Shown: one piece after another, positions 16,602 to 26,900 of the stretch
Layout: every line of letters begins with the position of its first letter
How positions within the stretch are numbered: the stretch's first letter is position 1
IMG/VR virus record: IMGVR_UViG_3300021962_000074
Coordinates: 12,671 to 76,670 of that record
Reading direction: 5' to 3' (one strand)
Length of the DNA: 64,000 nt
Origin: a virus
Position numbers and translations under genes: made by a program
The notes under the pieces: generated by a model
What the model was told of the DNA's origin: nothing
What the model saw: only the letters and a program-made list of their open reading frames with translations
The model's database searches: none

Positions 16602-18089
16602 ATGGCTGTTTATCAAAAAAATCCTGCAGTAGTCTATACAAATTATAGAATACAAAGTTTTTCTATCTTGACAACTAATGGTCAACCTATAGATCTATCG
16701 GCTCAGGCTGTCAATTTAAGTATATTTTTTGATATATTCGTATCAACATCGTCTGGCACCATAACATTTATTGATGGTAATGATATAATTGCTGGATATG
16801 TTGATAGATTGACTGGATCCAGAGCCTCTCCTATTTGCGGATTAGAAGATCTAATTATCACATTCAGTGTGTTGGTCGACAACAAAGAAGAAACTTTTGA
16901 TAAAAATTATAGAATTAATAAAGTCTATAACAGATCTCCATCTAGAAACGGTGCCAGTGTATATGAAATACACTTTGTGTCTAGTCCAAAAATAAGATCT
17001 CTAACTTCAAAAGTCAATAAGTCATATAAAGGTATTGCTAATCATGACATCGTGGCGGAAATTTGCAGAGACCATTTACTGATAGAAGATGTAGAAATTG
17101 ATCAAACTACTGGCATATATGATCATATAATTCCCAATCTAAGACCATTACAGGCTATATCTTGGATTGCATCTAAATCTTACTCAAGTAGTCCATACAG
17201 CACCAGTTTTTTCTTTTTTGAAACTGTAGATGGGTTCAAGTTTAAATCGTTACAAAATTTGTATCAGCAAGAACCAAAATATTCGAACCCATATACATTT
17301 GGTAGTAAACTGATGAATGATCCCACAGATGATTCCAGAAATCCAGAATTTGAAATATTAGACTTCAATTTTCAAGAATTTGATATGCAAAATGCATTTG
17401 TGGCTGGTGGAATTTCTTCTAAGATGTTGGCTGTGGATATATTCAATCAATCCACAAATGTGTACGAAGAAAGTTTTGATAAGAACATAGGTAGCAGTTT
17501 AAATAAAAACCTTCCGTTCTATGACCCAAGATCTAAATGGTCTGAAAAGTATGATACATATTTCTTAACAGCCAGTGAAATTAAAGATCAGAGCACAGCT
17601 GTAGATAATGATGTGCAATATGTTTTAAATAGAACGCAGGCTATGGCTATGATTAGGCACTATACAATGAAATTTCAAGTTGCTGGAAACTGGTCATTAT
17701 CTCCAGGAGACATAATTGAAATTGATTATTATAGATTTAAAGTTCCAGAACATAAAGCCACATCAATTGAGAAAAATAATTTTAGAAACGGCAAATTTTT
17801 GGTGACAGCGGTGAATCATACTTTACGAGGTAAGAGTATGGTTACAACAGTTGAGGTTGCATCAGATTCTCTAGCGTCTGCGTTGTCTCAGAGACAAGGA
17901 GGCGATGCATATGGCGGTGGTGATGTTCCTCCAATATTAGGTGATGAAGAAATGGAAGCATTGGCACCTATAACAATTGCGGAACCAAATTCAATACCTG
18001 TAGATATACCGACAATTCCTAGTGATTCTGTTGATATAACAGGACCAGCAGATATACCTGTTACTGGTATACCAGATTTTGGTGGCTAA
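16602..18089 (+). CDS. baseplate hub protein (gp27/late control D-like)
   Basis: Between gp53 and gp5; IIPNLRPLQAI.WIA, FFFFET..GF.FKSL, GKFLVTAVNH. Confidence 0.7.
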   Translation: MAVYQKNPAVVYTNYRIQSFSILTTNGQPIDLSAQAVNLSIFFDIFVSTSSGTITFIDGNDIIAGYVDRLTGSRASPICGLEDLIITFSVLVDNKEETFDKNYRINKVYNRSPSRNGASVYEIHFVSSPKIRSLTSKVNKSYKGIANHDIVAEICRDHLLIEDVEIDQTTGIYDHIIPNLRPLQAISWIASKSYSSSPYSTSFFFFETVDGFKFKSLQNLYQQEPKYSNPYTFGSKLMNDPTDDSRNPEFEILDFNFQEFDMQNAFVAGGISSKMLAVDIFNQSTNVYEESFDKNIGSSLNKNLPFYDPRSKWSEKYDTYFLTASEIKDQSTAVDNDVQYVLNRTQAMAMIRHYTMKFQVAGNWSLSPGDIIEIDYYRFKVPEHKATSIEKNNFRNGKFLVTAVNHTLRGKSMVTTVEVASDSLASALSQRQGGDAYGGGDVPPILGDEEMEALAPITIAEPNSIPVDIPTIPSDSVDITGPADIPVTGIPDFGG

Positions 18090-18092
18090 CCT

Positions 18093-19682
18093 ATGTCAAA
18101 TCCAATGAAAAATTTTATGGGTTTAGAAGGATTCGTCTGGTTCGTGGGCGTTGTGGAAGATCGCATGGATCCAGAGAAACTAAATCGAGTCCGTGTGCGA
18201 TGCTATGGCTTCCACAGCGATGATAAGTCAGACATTCCAACGGAAGATCTACCATGGGCTTCTTGTATTGTTACACCAACCAACCCAGCGGCATATTCAC
18301 CAAAAGAAGGTGATTGGGTAGTTGGATTTTTTATGGATGCATATGATGCTCAGCAGCCAGTCATCATGGGTGTTCTTCCTGGTAAACCAAAAACAAGACC
18401 ACCAAGCGATAAAGGATTTTCAGATCCAAACGGTAAGTATCCAGAATATTTGAGTGAGCCAACCACCACTCGATTGGCTCGCGGCGACACACGTGGAACA
18501 GTAATCGAAACTAGAAAGAAACAAAGAAAAACTGGCGTCCGATCAACTAAGATTGGTGGTCGAAATTGGAATGAACCAGCACCAGAATATGGTGCAAAGT
18601 ATCCCTATAACTACGCGCATGAAACAGAATCGGGTCATGCGTTTGAATTGGATGATACCAAGGGGAAAGAGCGAGTTCATTTAGCACACAAGATAGGAAC
18701 AGCCACTGAATTTACTTCCAAAGGTGATAGAGTAGATCATATAGTCAAGGATCGATACTCTGTAGTGATGGGCAGCGACTTTATGTATGTGAAAGGATCT
18801 TGCTCAATTACTGTCGATGGTGATTGCAATATGAAGATTGGTGGTAAATGGAATGTAGAAGCCGCTGAAATCAATATCTGCGCACAAGGTCATGTAAAGA
18901 TAAAAGGTGGCTCAAAGACTCAAATTGAAGCTGGTGGCGCAATGGACTTGAAGGCTGGCGGCGCAATGAAAGTTGGTGGTGGTGGTAAAGCCAGCTTCGG
19001 TGGTTCAAAAGCAGTTATATATGGAGCAAAGATTGATTTGGCAGGTGCGATAAACAATATTCCTGGAGGATCTCCAAGTACACCATCGGGGACAGGATTA
19101 TCTGCTGGTGGAGCCAGCGGGTTTGTTCAAGGAGCTGCAATCGGAACGCCAGAATGGCGTGATGCGCTAGGAAAAGGTTTGATTGATATAGCAGGAAATC
19201 CTATTCCTGGAATAACTGGCGGATTGTCTGGCATAGATCTTGGTGGGTTGACTGGAGATTTGGCGGGACAGCTAGGTCAATCGCAATTTGCGTCATTGAC
19301 AAAACAAGTTGCAGGAATAACTTCATCGATCAATCAATCAATTGGACAAGCACAAAATTTAATTAATCAAGGAAACAATCTGTTAAACCAAAACTTGGCA
19401 ATTGGACAGTTAGAAAATGGATTACAAACTGTTGAGGCTGGTCTGAATAATCTATCAGGCGATCTGCAGAATGCTACTGTAGCACAGTTTAAGTCTATAC
19501 AAGATCAAACAACTCAGTTGGTGCAATCTGCTGCAGACCAAGGGGTTACAATTAACTTAGATCCTATTAATAGTGTCAATCTGGCTGGTCCAGTCGATCC
19601 AAATCAGTATGTAGCAAATATCGGCAAGCAACTGTATCCAAAAACTGAGACAGTTCCTGTACCAACAGCAAATACGGGGTAA
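18093..19682 (+). CDS. gp5: baseplate central spike (OB fold + beta-helix, no lysozyme domain)
   Basis: FVWFVGVVEDRMDP...RVRVRCYGFH...LPWA; YPYN...TESGH.FELDDT.G.ER. Confidence 0.9.
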   Translation: MSNPMKNFMGLEGFVWFVGVVEDRMDPEKLNRVRVRCYGFHSDDKSDIPTEDLPWASCIVTPTNPAAYSPKEGDWVVGFFMDAYDAQQPVIMGVLPGKPKTRPPSDKGFSDPNGKYPEYLSEPTTTRLARGDTRGTVIETRKKQRKTGVRSTKIGGRNWNEPAPEYGAKYPYNYAHETESGHAFELDDTKGKERVHLAHKIGTATEFTSKGDRVDHIVKDRYSVVMGSDFMYVKGSCSITVDGDCNMKIGGKWNVEAAEINICAQGHVKIKGGSKTQIEAGGAMDLKAGGAMKVGGGGKASFGGSKAVIYGAKIDLAGAINNIPGGSPSTPSGTGLSAGGASGFVQGAAIGTPEWRDALGKGLIDIAGNPIPGITGGLSGIDLGGLTGDLAGQLGQSQFASLTKQVAGITSSINQSIGQAQNLINQGNNLLNQNLAIGQLENGLQTVEAGLNNLSGDLQNATVAQFKSIQDQTTQLVQSAADQGVTINLDPINSVNLAGPVDPNQYVANIGKQLYPKTETVPVPTANTG

Positions 19683-19688
19683 TACATT

Positions 19689-21488
19689 ATGTCTGTAACA
19701 GTAGGATTAGTTAAGAAAATTGTTTTAGCATATATTGGTGGTACTAAATTGATGCCTGTGCCAACTGTTAAAATCGGTGGCACAACAGCTGTCTCTCAAC
19801 TTGGTGGTTTGGCTGGTATGGCATCTTCATTTATGTCAGGAGGTCTTGGTGGTATTGCAGGTGCACTGAGTGGTGGTCTGAGTGGTGCATTAGCGCAATC
19901 ATTGAGTGGCGGATTGACGTCAGCATTTGGAAGTCTACAAAGTCAACTTGGTAGTTTGACAGCAGGTTTACCTTCTCTGGGATCTTTCGGAGAGGGTATC
20001 ACTGGAGCGTTGTCTGGTAACTTGGGTGGATTAGAAAATCTAACTCAAAAACTCAGTGATTTAAATGTTGATATGAATTCACTCAGTAACTATGTTGGTC
20101 AGGTTGGGAGTCTATCAACCATTACACAATTAAAAACTGCAGTGGGAGAGGTCGGCGCGGGGATTTCTATTGGAGAACTAACCAACATAAGCGCATTAAA
20201 TACCAAATTACAAGGCATTGGAGTCAATCCTGCAGACTTTGGTAATTTAAATGAACTGACCAATGTAGGTAAATTGTCAGATACTTTAAGCAATATGGGA
20301 GTGATTGGAGATTTCAATTTTGGAGATCTATCTGGCATAACTGCAAGCATACCATCACAAGTACAGCCAATTAATATGGGCAATTTTGGTGCTTTAGTCG
20401 AGGAAAATGGTGGATTGAATGGATTAGCTAAATCACTTGCGACTGGTGGGGTTTCATTAGATGAAACTCTAGCGTCTATATCTGTGAATCCAGCAGCTGT
20501 TAATATCAATGCAGCTAAGTCAACATTGTCTAGCCTAACTGCATGTAACTATAGTGGACTAGATTCAACGCTGTCTTCCATCTCAGGAGAAGCTGCATTG
20601 GCTCCTGCGTATCAACAACTAAAGTTAGCCTTGGGTGGTCCAGACGGATTGAGTGGATCGGTTGCATACGTGAATGCGTTTGAAGACCACACCAATAGAT
20701 TATCTGGAGTTACGCTTTCATCAGATATAACTGGAATCATACCAGAAGAAGAAAATACAGAGATATTTGAATACAAGTATGACCTACCAATTAATACTCA
20801 GACTGTGATCGCACACTTCAATCCACAGAAGATTCGATCAGCTAAGTTCTTCGTCCAAGCCACATCTAATGTCGACCATCAATCCTCTGAAGTATTCGTG
20901 GTCCATGATAACCAAAGAGTGTATACTCGAGAGGTTGATGTAATCTATACACATGATCCGTTTATTACATTTACCAGCCAATTTGCAGCTGATAATGTTA
21001 CAATTATGGCTACCAGTACTAAAGTCAATACTGATATGGTAATCTATAGCATTAGATTACCTGTTATCACAAAGGCTAACTCGGATCACACCTTTGACCA
21101 AAGTAAATTGATCGAAAATGCTCGCGCTCTATCTGGATTCTTCCCAGAAGATAAGGTAGATTATGTGGCTGCACAGGCAGGTAGTCTACAAAATGGCGGT
21201 TCCGTTTCCCAGCTGAATACAGAGATAAACGAGGCTTTGGTAAAATTGCAGAGCAGTCAATTTACCTCCCTATCAACTGAGGGTAAAAAAGAGTACATAA
21301 ACTCAATTGCAACTGCTATAAATACAAAGAGCGTAAGTTTACAACAATCAATTGACAAAGATCTATCAGCCTACGCTGATGTGGAGAAATTGGTGAATGC
21401 GGCTGATGTAGTTTCTACTCTGGTCGTAAATTATGCATCAACAGATACTAAGAGATTGTATGACGTTACAACACTAAAGGCTGATTAA
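19689..21488 (+). CDS. hypothetical virion protein, Gly/Ser/Leu-rich N-terminus
   Basis: 599 aa between gp5 and gp25; RSAKFFVQ...HQSSEVFVVHD domain of a type seen in virion proteins. Confidence 0.6.
   Translation: MSVTVGLVKKIVLAYIGGTKLMPVPTVKIGGTTAVSQLGGLAGMASSFMSGGLGGIAGALSGGLSGALAQSLSGGLTSAFGSLQSQLGSLTAGLPSLGSFGEGITGALSGNLGGLENLTQKLSDLNVDMNSLSNYVGQVGSLSTITQLKTAVGEVGAGISIGELTNISALNTKLQGIGVNPADFGNLNELTNVGKLSDTLSNMGVIGDFNFGDLSGITASIPSQVQPINMGNFGALVEENGGLNGLAKSLATGGVSLDETLASISVNPAAVNINAAKSTLSSLTACNYSGLDSTLSSISGEAALAPAYQQLKLALGGPDGLSGSVAYVNAFEDHTNRLSGVTLSSDITGIIPEEENTEIFEYKYDLPINTQTVIAHFNPQKIRSAKFFVQATSNVDHQSSEVFVVHDNQRVYTREVDVIYTHDPFITFTSQFAADNVTIMATSTKVNTDMVIYSIRLPVITKANSDHTFDQSKLIENARALSGFFPEDKVDYVAAQAGSLQNGGSVSQLNTEINEALVKLQSSQFTSLSTEGKKEYINSIATAINTKSVSLQQSIDKDLSAYADVEKLVNAADVVSTLVVNYASTDTKRLYDVTTLKAD
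21317..21324 (+). promoter_or_regulatory. T4-type late promoter upstream of gp25
   Basis: TATAAATA. Confidence 0.5.
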
Positions 21489-21886
21489 TGGCTGTCATTA
21501 GAAAGAAAACTAGATATCTAGATCTAGATTTAAATTTTACTCCGCATCCTATTACTGGAGATATAGTAAAAGTTAAAGATGAAAAGGCTGTTATAGCTGC
21601 TATTGGTAATCTTATACAAACTAATTATTATGAAAGATTGTTCAGGCATGAAATTGGCTCCAACATCAATAAAATGTTATTTGAACCAGTAGATCTCATA
21701 ACTTCCACAAACATAAAAGATGGTTTGGAAAGAATAATAAATGAGTTTGAGCCTCGAGCAAATATTCAAGAATTACTTGTGACGCCTAATGAGGATGAAG
21801 AAAGATACGATATTTCATTGAGTATATCTATCAATAATCTATCAGACCCTTTTACTATTAATTTCTTCCTAGAGAGAATAAGATAA
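21488..21886 (+). CDS. gp25: baseplate wedge/sheath initiator
   Basis: DLDLNF..HP.TGD...ERLF...GS...LFEP...FEPR...LERIR. Confidence 0.93.
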   Translation: MAVIRKKTRYLDLDLNFTPHPITGDIVKVKDEKAVIAAIGNLIQTNYYERLFRHEIGSNINKMLFEPVDLITSTNIKDGLERIINEFEPRANIQELLVTPNEDEERYDISLSISINNLSDPFTINFFLERIR

Positions 21887-21887
21887 A

Positions 21888-23945
21888 ATGGCAGAAAAAA
21901 AGATTACCATATCAGAACTAGATTTTGATACTATCAAAACAAACTTAAAGACTTTTCTAAAGAGCCAGTCTGAGTTTGCCGATTACAATTTCGAAGGTTC
22001 TGGTATGTCTGTATTGCTGGATGTTCTAGCATACAATACACACTATATGGGCTATTACATGAACATGGTTGCTAATGAAATGTTCATTGACACTGCTCAG
22101 TTACGAGAATCCGTAGTATCTCACGCTAAACTACTCGGCTATACGCCAGCTTCCAGAGTGGCATCTCAAGCCACGATTAATGTTTCTTTCCAGGAAGTGA
22201 GTGGTGGATCAAATAGTTCTCTGACGATTCCAAGATTTACAAGATTTGTTTCCGCTTCTAAAGATTCAGTGACATATAACTTCGTAAGTGTGGAACAAAG
22301 AATTGCCACCAAAGATAATGATGGATACTTTGTTTTCCCAAATGTTAGAATCAAAGAAGGTGTGCCAGCATCGTATACTTTTGTGTACGATTCACAAACA
22401 AATAGCAAACAAACATTTACTCTACCAGATGCTGGAATTGACATTTCAACCTTGTTAGTCAGAGTTCAGAAGTCAACTAGAAACGCAAATTTAGAAACAT
22501 TCGTCCTAGCAGAAGACGCCACCGAAGTGAACTCTACTGCAGCTGTGTATTACATAGAAGAAAATCGAGAAGGACAATATCAAATTTATTTTGGCGATGA
22601 TGTAATTGGTAAAAAATTGACTGATGGTAATATTGTTATTGTTTCATATTTGGTAACTTCTGGTGATGCAGCAAACGGAATCAAAAGATTTAAACTACTT
22701 GATAATGTAAAAACTGGTTCTACTCCAACAATAACATTAGTGACAGAATCTTCAGATGGTAAATTGGAAGAATCTATAGATAATATTAGATTTACTGCAC
22801 CAAAATCATTCGTCGCGCAGAATAGAGCTGTCACAAAGAATGATTACATCTCATTGATCAATAAGAATTACCCATACTTTGATGCTGTTACCGTTTGGGG
22901 TGGTGAGGAAAACAATCCTCCAGTGTATGGTAAGATCTTCTTTTCGATTAAACCACGTGGTAACTATGAGGTGACCGCTACTGAGATTGAGTATCTAAAA
23001 AGCGAAATCATTAGACCAGTTAGCGTCTTAACTGTAACGCCAGAATATGTGGCTCCTGATTACAATTATCTAAATTTGATCATTGACGTGGTATACGATC
23101 CAAGAAAAACTACAAAAACTGCATCAGAAATTAAAACATCTGTTGCTAATTCTGTTACCACATTCGCAAATCAATATCTAAACACATTCAATAATACTCT
23201 GAAATTGTCTAGACTAATACGTGCTGTCGATGATTCAGATCCATCAATTGAAAATAACAATGTTAAGTTGATGCTCGAGAAAAGATTCAGACCAGCATTG
23301 GGTCAATCAAAGAGTTATAGATTAGATTATGGCGTTCCTCTAAAGAGAGGAACAGCGACTGATAGGATCTATAGTGAACCATCATTTACTTATTATGATG
23401 AATTTGGTACTCTAAGAACTGGATTTATTGAAGAAGTACCACAATCCTTTTCTGGTATAGAAGAAATAGAAATTATTTCAAACGGAAGCGATTATACAGA
23501 AATACCAGAAATTGTAATTGAAGGTGATGGTGAAGGTGCTATAGCGCAAGCAGTAATAGTAAACGGTAAGTTAAAATCAGTCGTTGTTGTCAGATCTGGA
23601 TCTAACTATTCAGCTGCAGTCGCAAGAGTAGTTGGTGGTGGTGGAAGTGGTGCTACGATTAAACCATTACTGCAAGGTAAAAAGGGTACTCTCAGACTGT
23701 ATTATTTTGATAGCAACAATGTTAAGAAAATAATCAATCCTAATATCGGAGCAGTTTACTATCTGGATGGATATCTAGAGTTATATAACTTTCAACCTGA
23801 AACGGTATTTGATGCATTTGGCACTTTGGTGTTCAAGGCTGTTCCGAACACAACTGTATTTTCGTCAAAAAGAAGTTCTATACTAACACTTGATACAACC
23901 GATCCTGCAGCAGTTCAGATTAATATTAGCCAAGTTTCAAGTTAA
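21888..23945 (+). CDS. gp6: baseplate wedge subunit
   Basis: ELDFDTIK.NLK.FL...DYNFEGSG...LAYNTHY...QNRAVT..DY...WGGEE. Confidence 0.95.
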   Translation: MAEKKITISELDFDTIKTNLKTFLKSQSEFADYNFEGSGMSVLLDVLAYNTHYMGYYMNMVANEMFIDTAQLRESVVSHAKLLGYTPASRVASQATINVSFQEVSGGSNSSLTIPRFTRFVSASKDSVTYNFVSVEQRIATKDNDGYFVFPNVRIKEGVPASYTFVYDSQTNSKQTFTLPDAGIDISTLLVRVQKSTRNANLETFVLAEDATEVNSTAAVYYIEENREGQYQIYFGDDVIGKKLTDGNIVIVSYLVTSGDAANGIKRFKLLDNVKTGSTPTITLVTESSDGKLEESIDNIRFTAPKSFVAQNRAVTKNDYISLINKNYPYFDAVTVWGGEENNPPVYGKIFFSIKPRGNYEVTATEIEYLKSEIIRPVSVLTVTPEYVAPDYNYLNLIIDVVYDPRKTTKTASEIKTSVANSVTTFANQYLNTFNNTLKLSRLIRAVDDSDPSIENNNVKLMLEKRFRPALGQSKSYRLDYGVPLKRGTATDRIYSEPSFTYYDEFGTLRTGFIEEVPQSFSGIEEIEIISNGSDYTEIPEIVIEGDGEGAIAQAVIVNGKLKSVVVVRSGSNYSAAVARVVGGGGSGATIKPLLQGKKGTLRLYYFDSNNVKKIINPNIGAVYYLDGYLELYNFQPETVFDAFGTLVFKAVPNTTVFSSKRSSILTLDTTDPAAVQINISQVSS

Positions 23946-26900
23946 TGTCAACATCACAAAAAACTATTTCTGCGTTAATTAATCAGCAGCTGCCTGATTT
24001 CGTCAGAGCAGATTATCCTCGATTTAGAAACTTTCTAGAAAAGTATTACGCTTGGTTGGAAGACGAGACTAAAGGCAACACAGTCTATCATATCATGCAC
24101 TCTGAGAAGTATCGTGATATAGATGAGACTATTGATCCTTTTATTCGTATCTTTAAGAATGAGTTGTTGCCATATTTTCCAGAGAGAACAGAACTTGATT
24201 TAATTAAAATTCTAAAGAATGCTAGAGAATTTTATATCAAGAAAGGTAGTGAAGAATCAGTAAAGTGGCTGTTTAGAGTTTTGTTTAATGAAGAAATTCA
24301 AGTATACTATCCAAAACAGCAAATTTTAAAAACATCTGATGGTAAATGGAAACTACCAAAAGCATTCCAATTAACATTGAGCGATGCAAATCAGGGTATA
24401 AATCCAAATCTATTAGAAAGGCATAAAGGAACTGGATCAGAGTCAACCGCTACCTGTATCATTGAGTCCGCAAACATTACCATTGATCCGAATCTTGGTA
24501 CAGAGATCTTGGAAATATATGTATCTAATGTATTCAAAGACTTTATTAATGGCGAGAATCTTGAGATTCCATATACTGATGAAAATGGAGTTGATCAAGT
24601 ATTCGTTGAGAAAATTATTGGTGCAATTTCAGGAATACGCATAGACTCAAACATTAGAACTGATCCTTTGCAAATTAGAAGAGGATTATTATACAACGTC
24701 GGCGATCCAGTGGTCGTATATGGCGGATTGGATAGCACTCCACAGGCTCGCGATGCTATTGCTTATGTCGGCAATGTATCTGCTGGATCCATTGAGGGTG
24801 TAACACCAGTGTTTCCTGGTTATGGTTATAGAGCATATACCAATACCATTTCCATTGTTTATAGTAGCGAAGGTGATGATCCTAACGCTAATGCAACCAC
24901 TGACATTCGAGTCAGTGGATTAAACTTAATCAATGTAGCTGGTAATAGCCAGATCTCATTCCAGGAATATATCTCTGTTGATAAGATGCCAATTGAATAT
25001 TTAAAGACTGTTCAAATTGGAGATGGTAGCACAGAGTATGAAGTGTTCACAGTAGACAATAGAAATATTGTATTGGATGCTACAGAAACAGATGAAGATG
25101 ACGTCTTCAATACTTATGAAGATGTATATGCCAACTCAGCTGGATCTTATCTAACAGCAAACTTTAGAGCACAGATAGCCACATCTAATGATGGTTCAAC
25201 ATTCGGAAACTTCGGTGGTGGCACTCCATATACAGGAGATCTACTATTAATTAATGTGCATCTATATGATGGGGATGATGAGTTGACAGTTGACACTGCC
25301 AATTTACAAGCTGTGTTGGACATAGGTGGAACACCGCATCCAATTTATACCAGAACAACTGCTAAGGTATTCACACCAAATTCAGTTACTGCAGACAGCA
25401 TTCCAGCAAATGCTAATTCACAGATAATACAAGCGTTGACCTATGAGACGTTAGAAACTGGTGGTATCGCTTTGTATAACGTGATTGATGGTGGTAATGG
25501 ATTTAGAACAACACCAACCATTGGAATCACCAGTTACTTTGACACTTATCTGTCAGAAGCGCAAAAACTATCATTGGTTGATAATGATGAGTTTTTAGAA
25601 AATGAAGATTATCAAACATACAGACAACCATTGGGTGGGTTTGGTAAGATTGCGCACGTGTATATTGATAACCCAGGAACTGGTTATACAACTGGCGATC
25701 AAATAGTAATTGGAGATAGAGGATATGGATTTGTTGGCACTGTCACTGTAAATGCAACAGGTTCTATCATAAGAACTAATATCACAAATAGAGGCGAAGG
25801 ATACTATGGTCCTAAGACAGTGAGCGTATCGTCTTCTGGCGGAGAAGGTGCTGTATTAAGTGCATATGGTTTTGGTGAAGGTGTGATCAATGAAATCAAC
25901 ACTGGTGCTATTGGTCGTATTCGTGATATTCGATTAATTTCCAGAGGATTTGATTATGTCGAAGCACCGACAGTTTCGTTGAAAGTTGTTGATATGGTAG
26001 TTACTGGTGTTTCTGAATTTGAATCGTTAAATGAAGGCGAAAGAGTTTATCAAGGCGACAGTTTAGCAACTGCAACATTCCAAGGTATAATTAAAGACTT
26101 CAATCGAACAACAAATGCATTAAGACTATTTAATTATTCTGGCGCATCATTCAACAACTTTGATCCAACACTACCGTTTACGTCAGAAAATGGTACAACA
26201 TTTACAGTAGATACATCAAGAACAGTTACTCCACCTGCACAGTACCCAGTTGAGACTCAACTGAGTGGGTTGCCAAATCCATATTTTTATGGCAATGGTA
26301 GAGGAAAGGCTGCAGCAGATTTCTTCAATGGATTGATCAAATATCCAGGATTCTATATTAATACAGATGGATTCTTGAGTGCTGACAAGAAGATTCAGGA
26401 CTCAAAACTGTACCACAACTATTCTTACATCATTGAGTCGAACAAATCTATTGGTGAATATAAGAATGTAATTAAAGACATTGTCCATCCTATTGGTATG
26501 TCTATGCTGGGTAGATTAAAAACTGAAAACGAATTGAATGACTATATTACTGCGAATTCCACCACTTATATTAATTTAATGAATGAGCCAGGATCAAACA
26601 TCACTGTCGCTGATTCCAGAACAAATATTGTGACAGGTGTATCAACTGCATTTACTAATACCTCACATATTACATCTGCGCAGTATGCTGTGGCTGGCGA
26701 TCTGTTAACCATCATAGACCCAAATAATCCTCTGAGAAGTCAGGCTAAAATTATTACAGCGGTCAATTCTGATACAGAATTGGAAGTTGAGAGCGACTTC
26801 ACCTATATTGGTCAGGGTAAAATCAGATCAAATATAGAATTCACGCAAGTTACAGGAACTGTTACAATAAACCCAGAATTATCGGTCGGTACTGTGGAGA

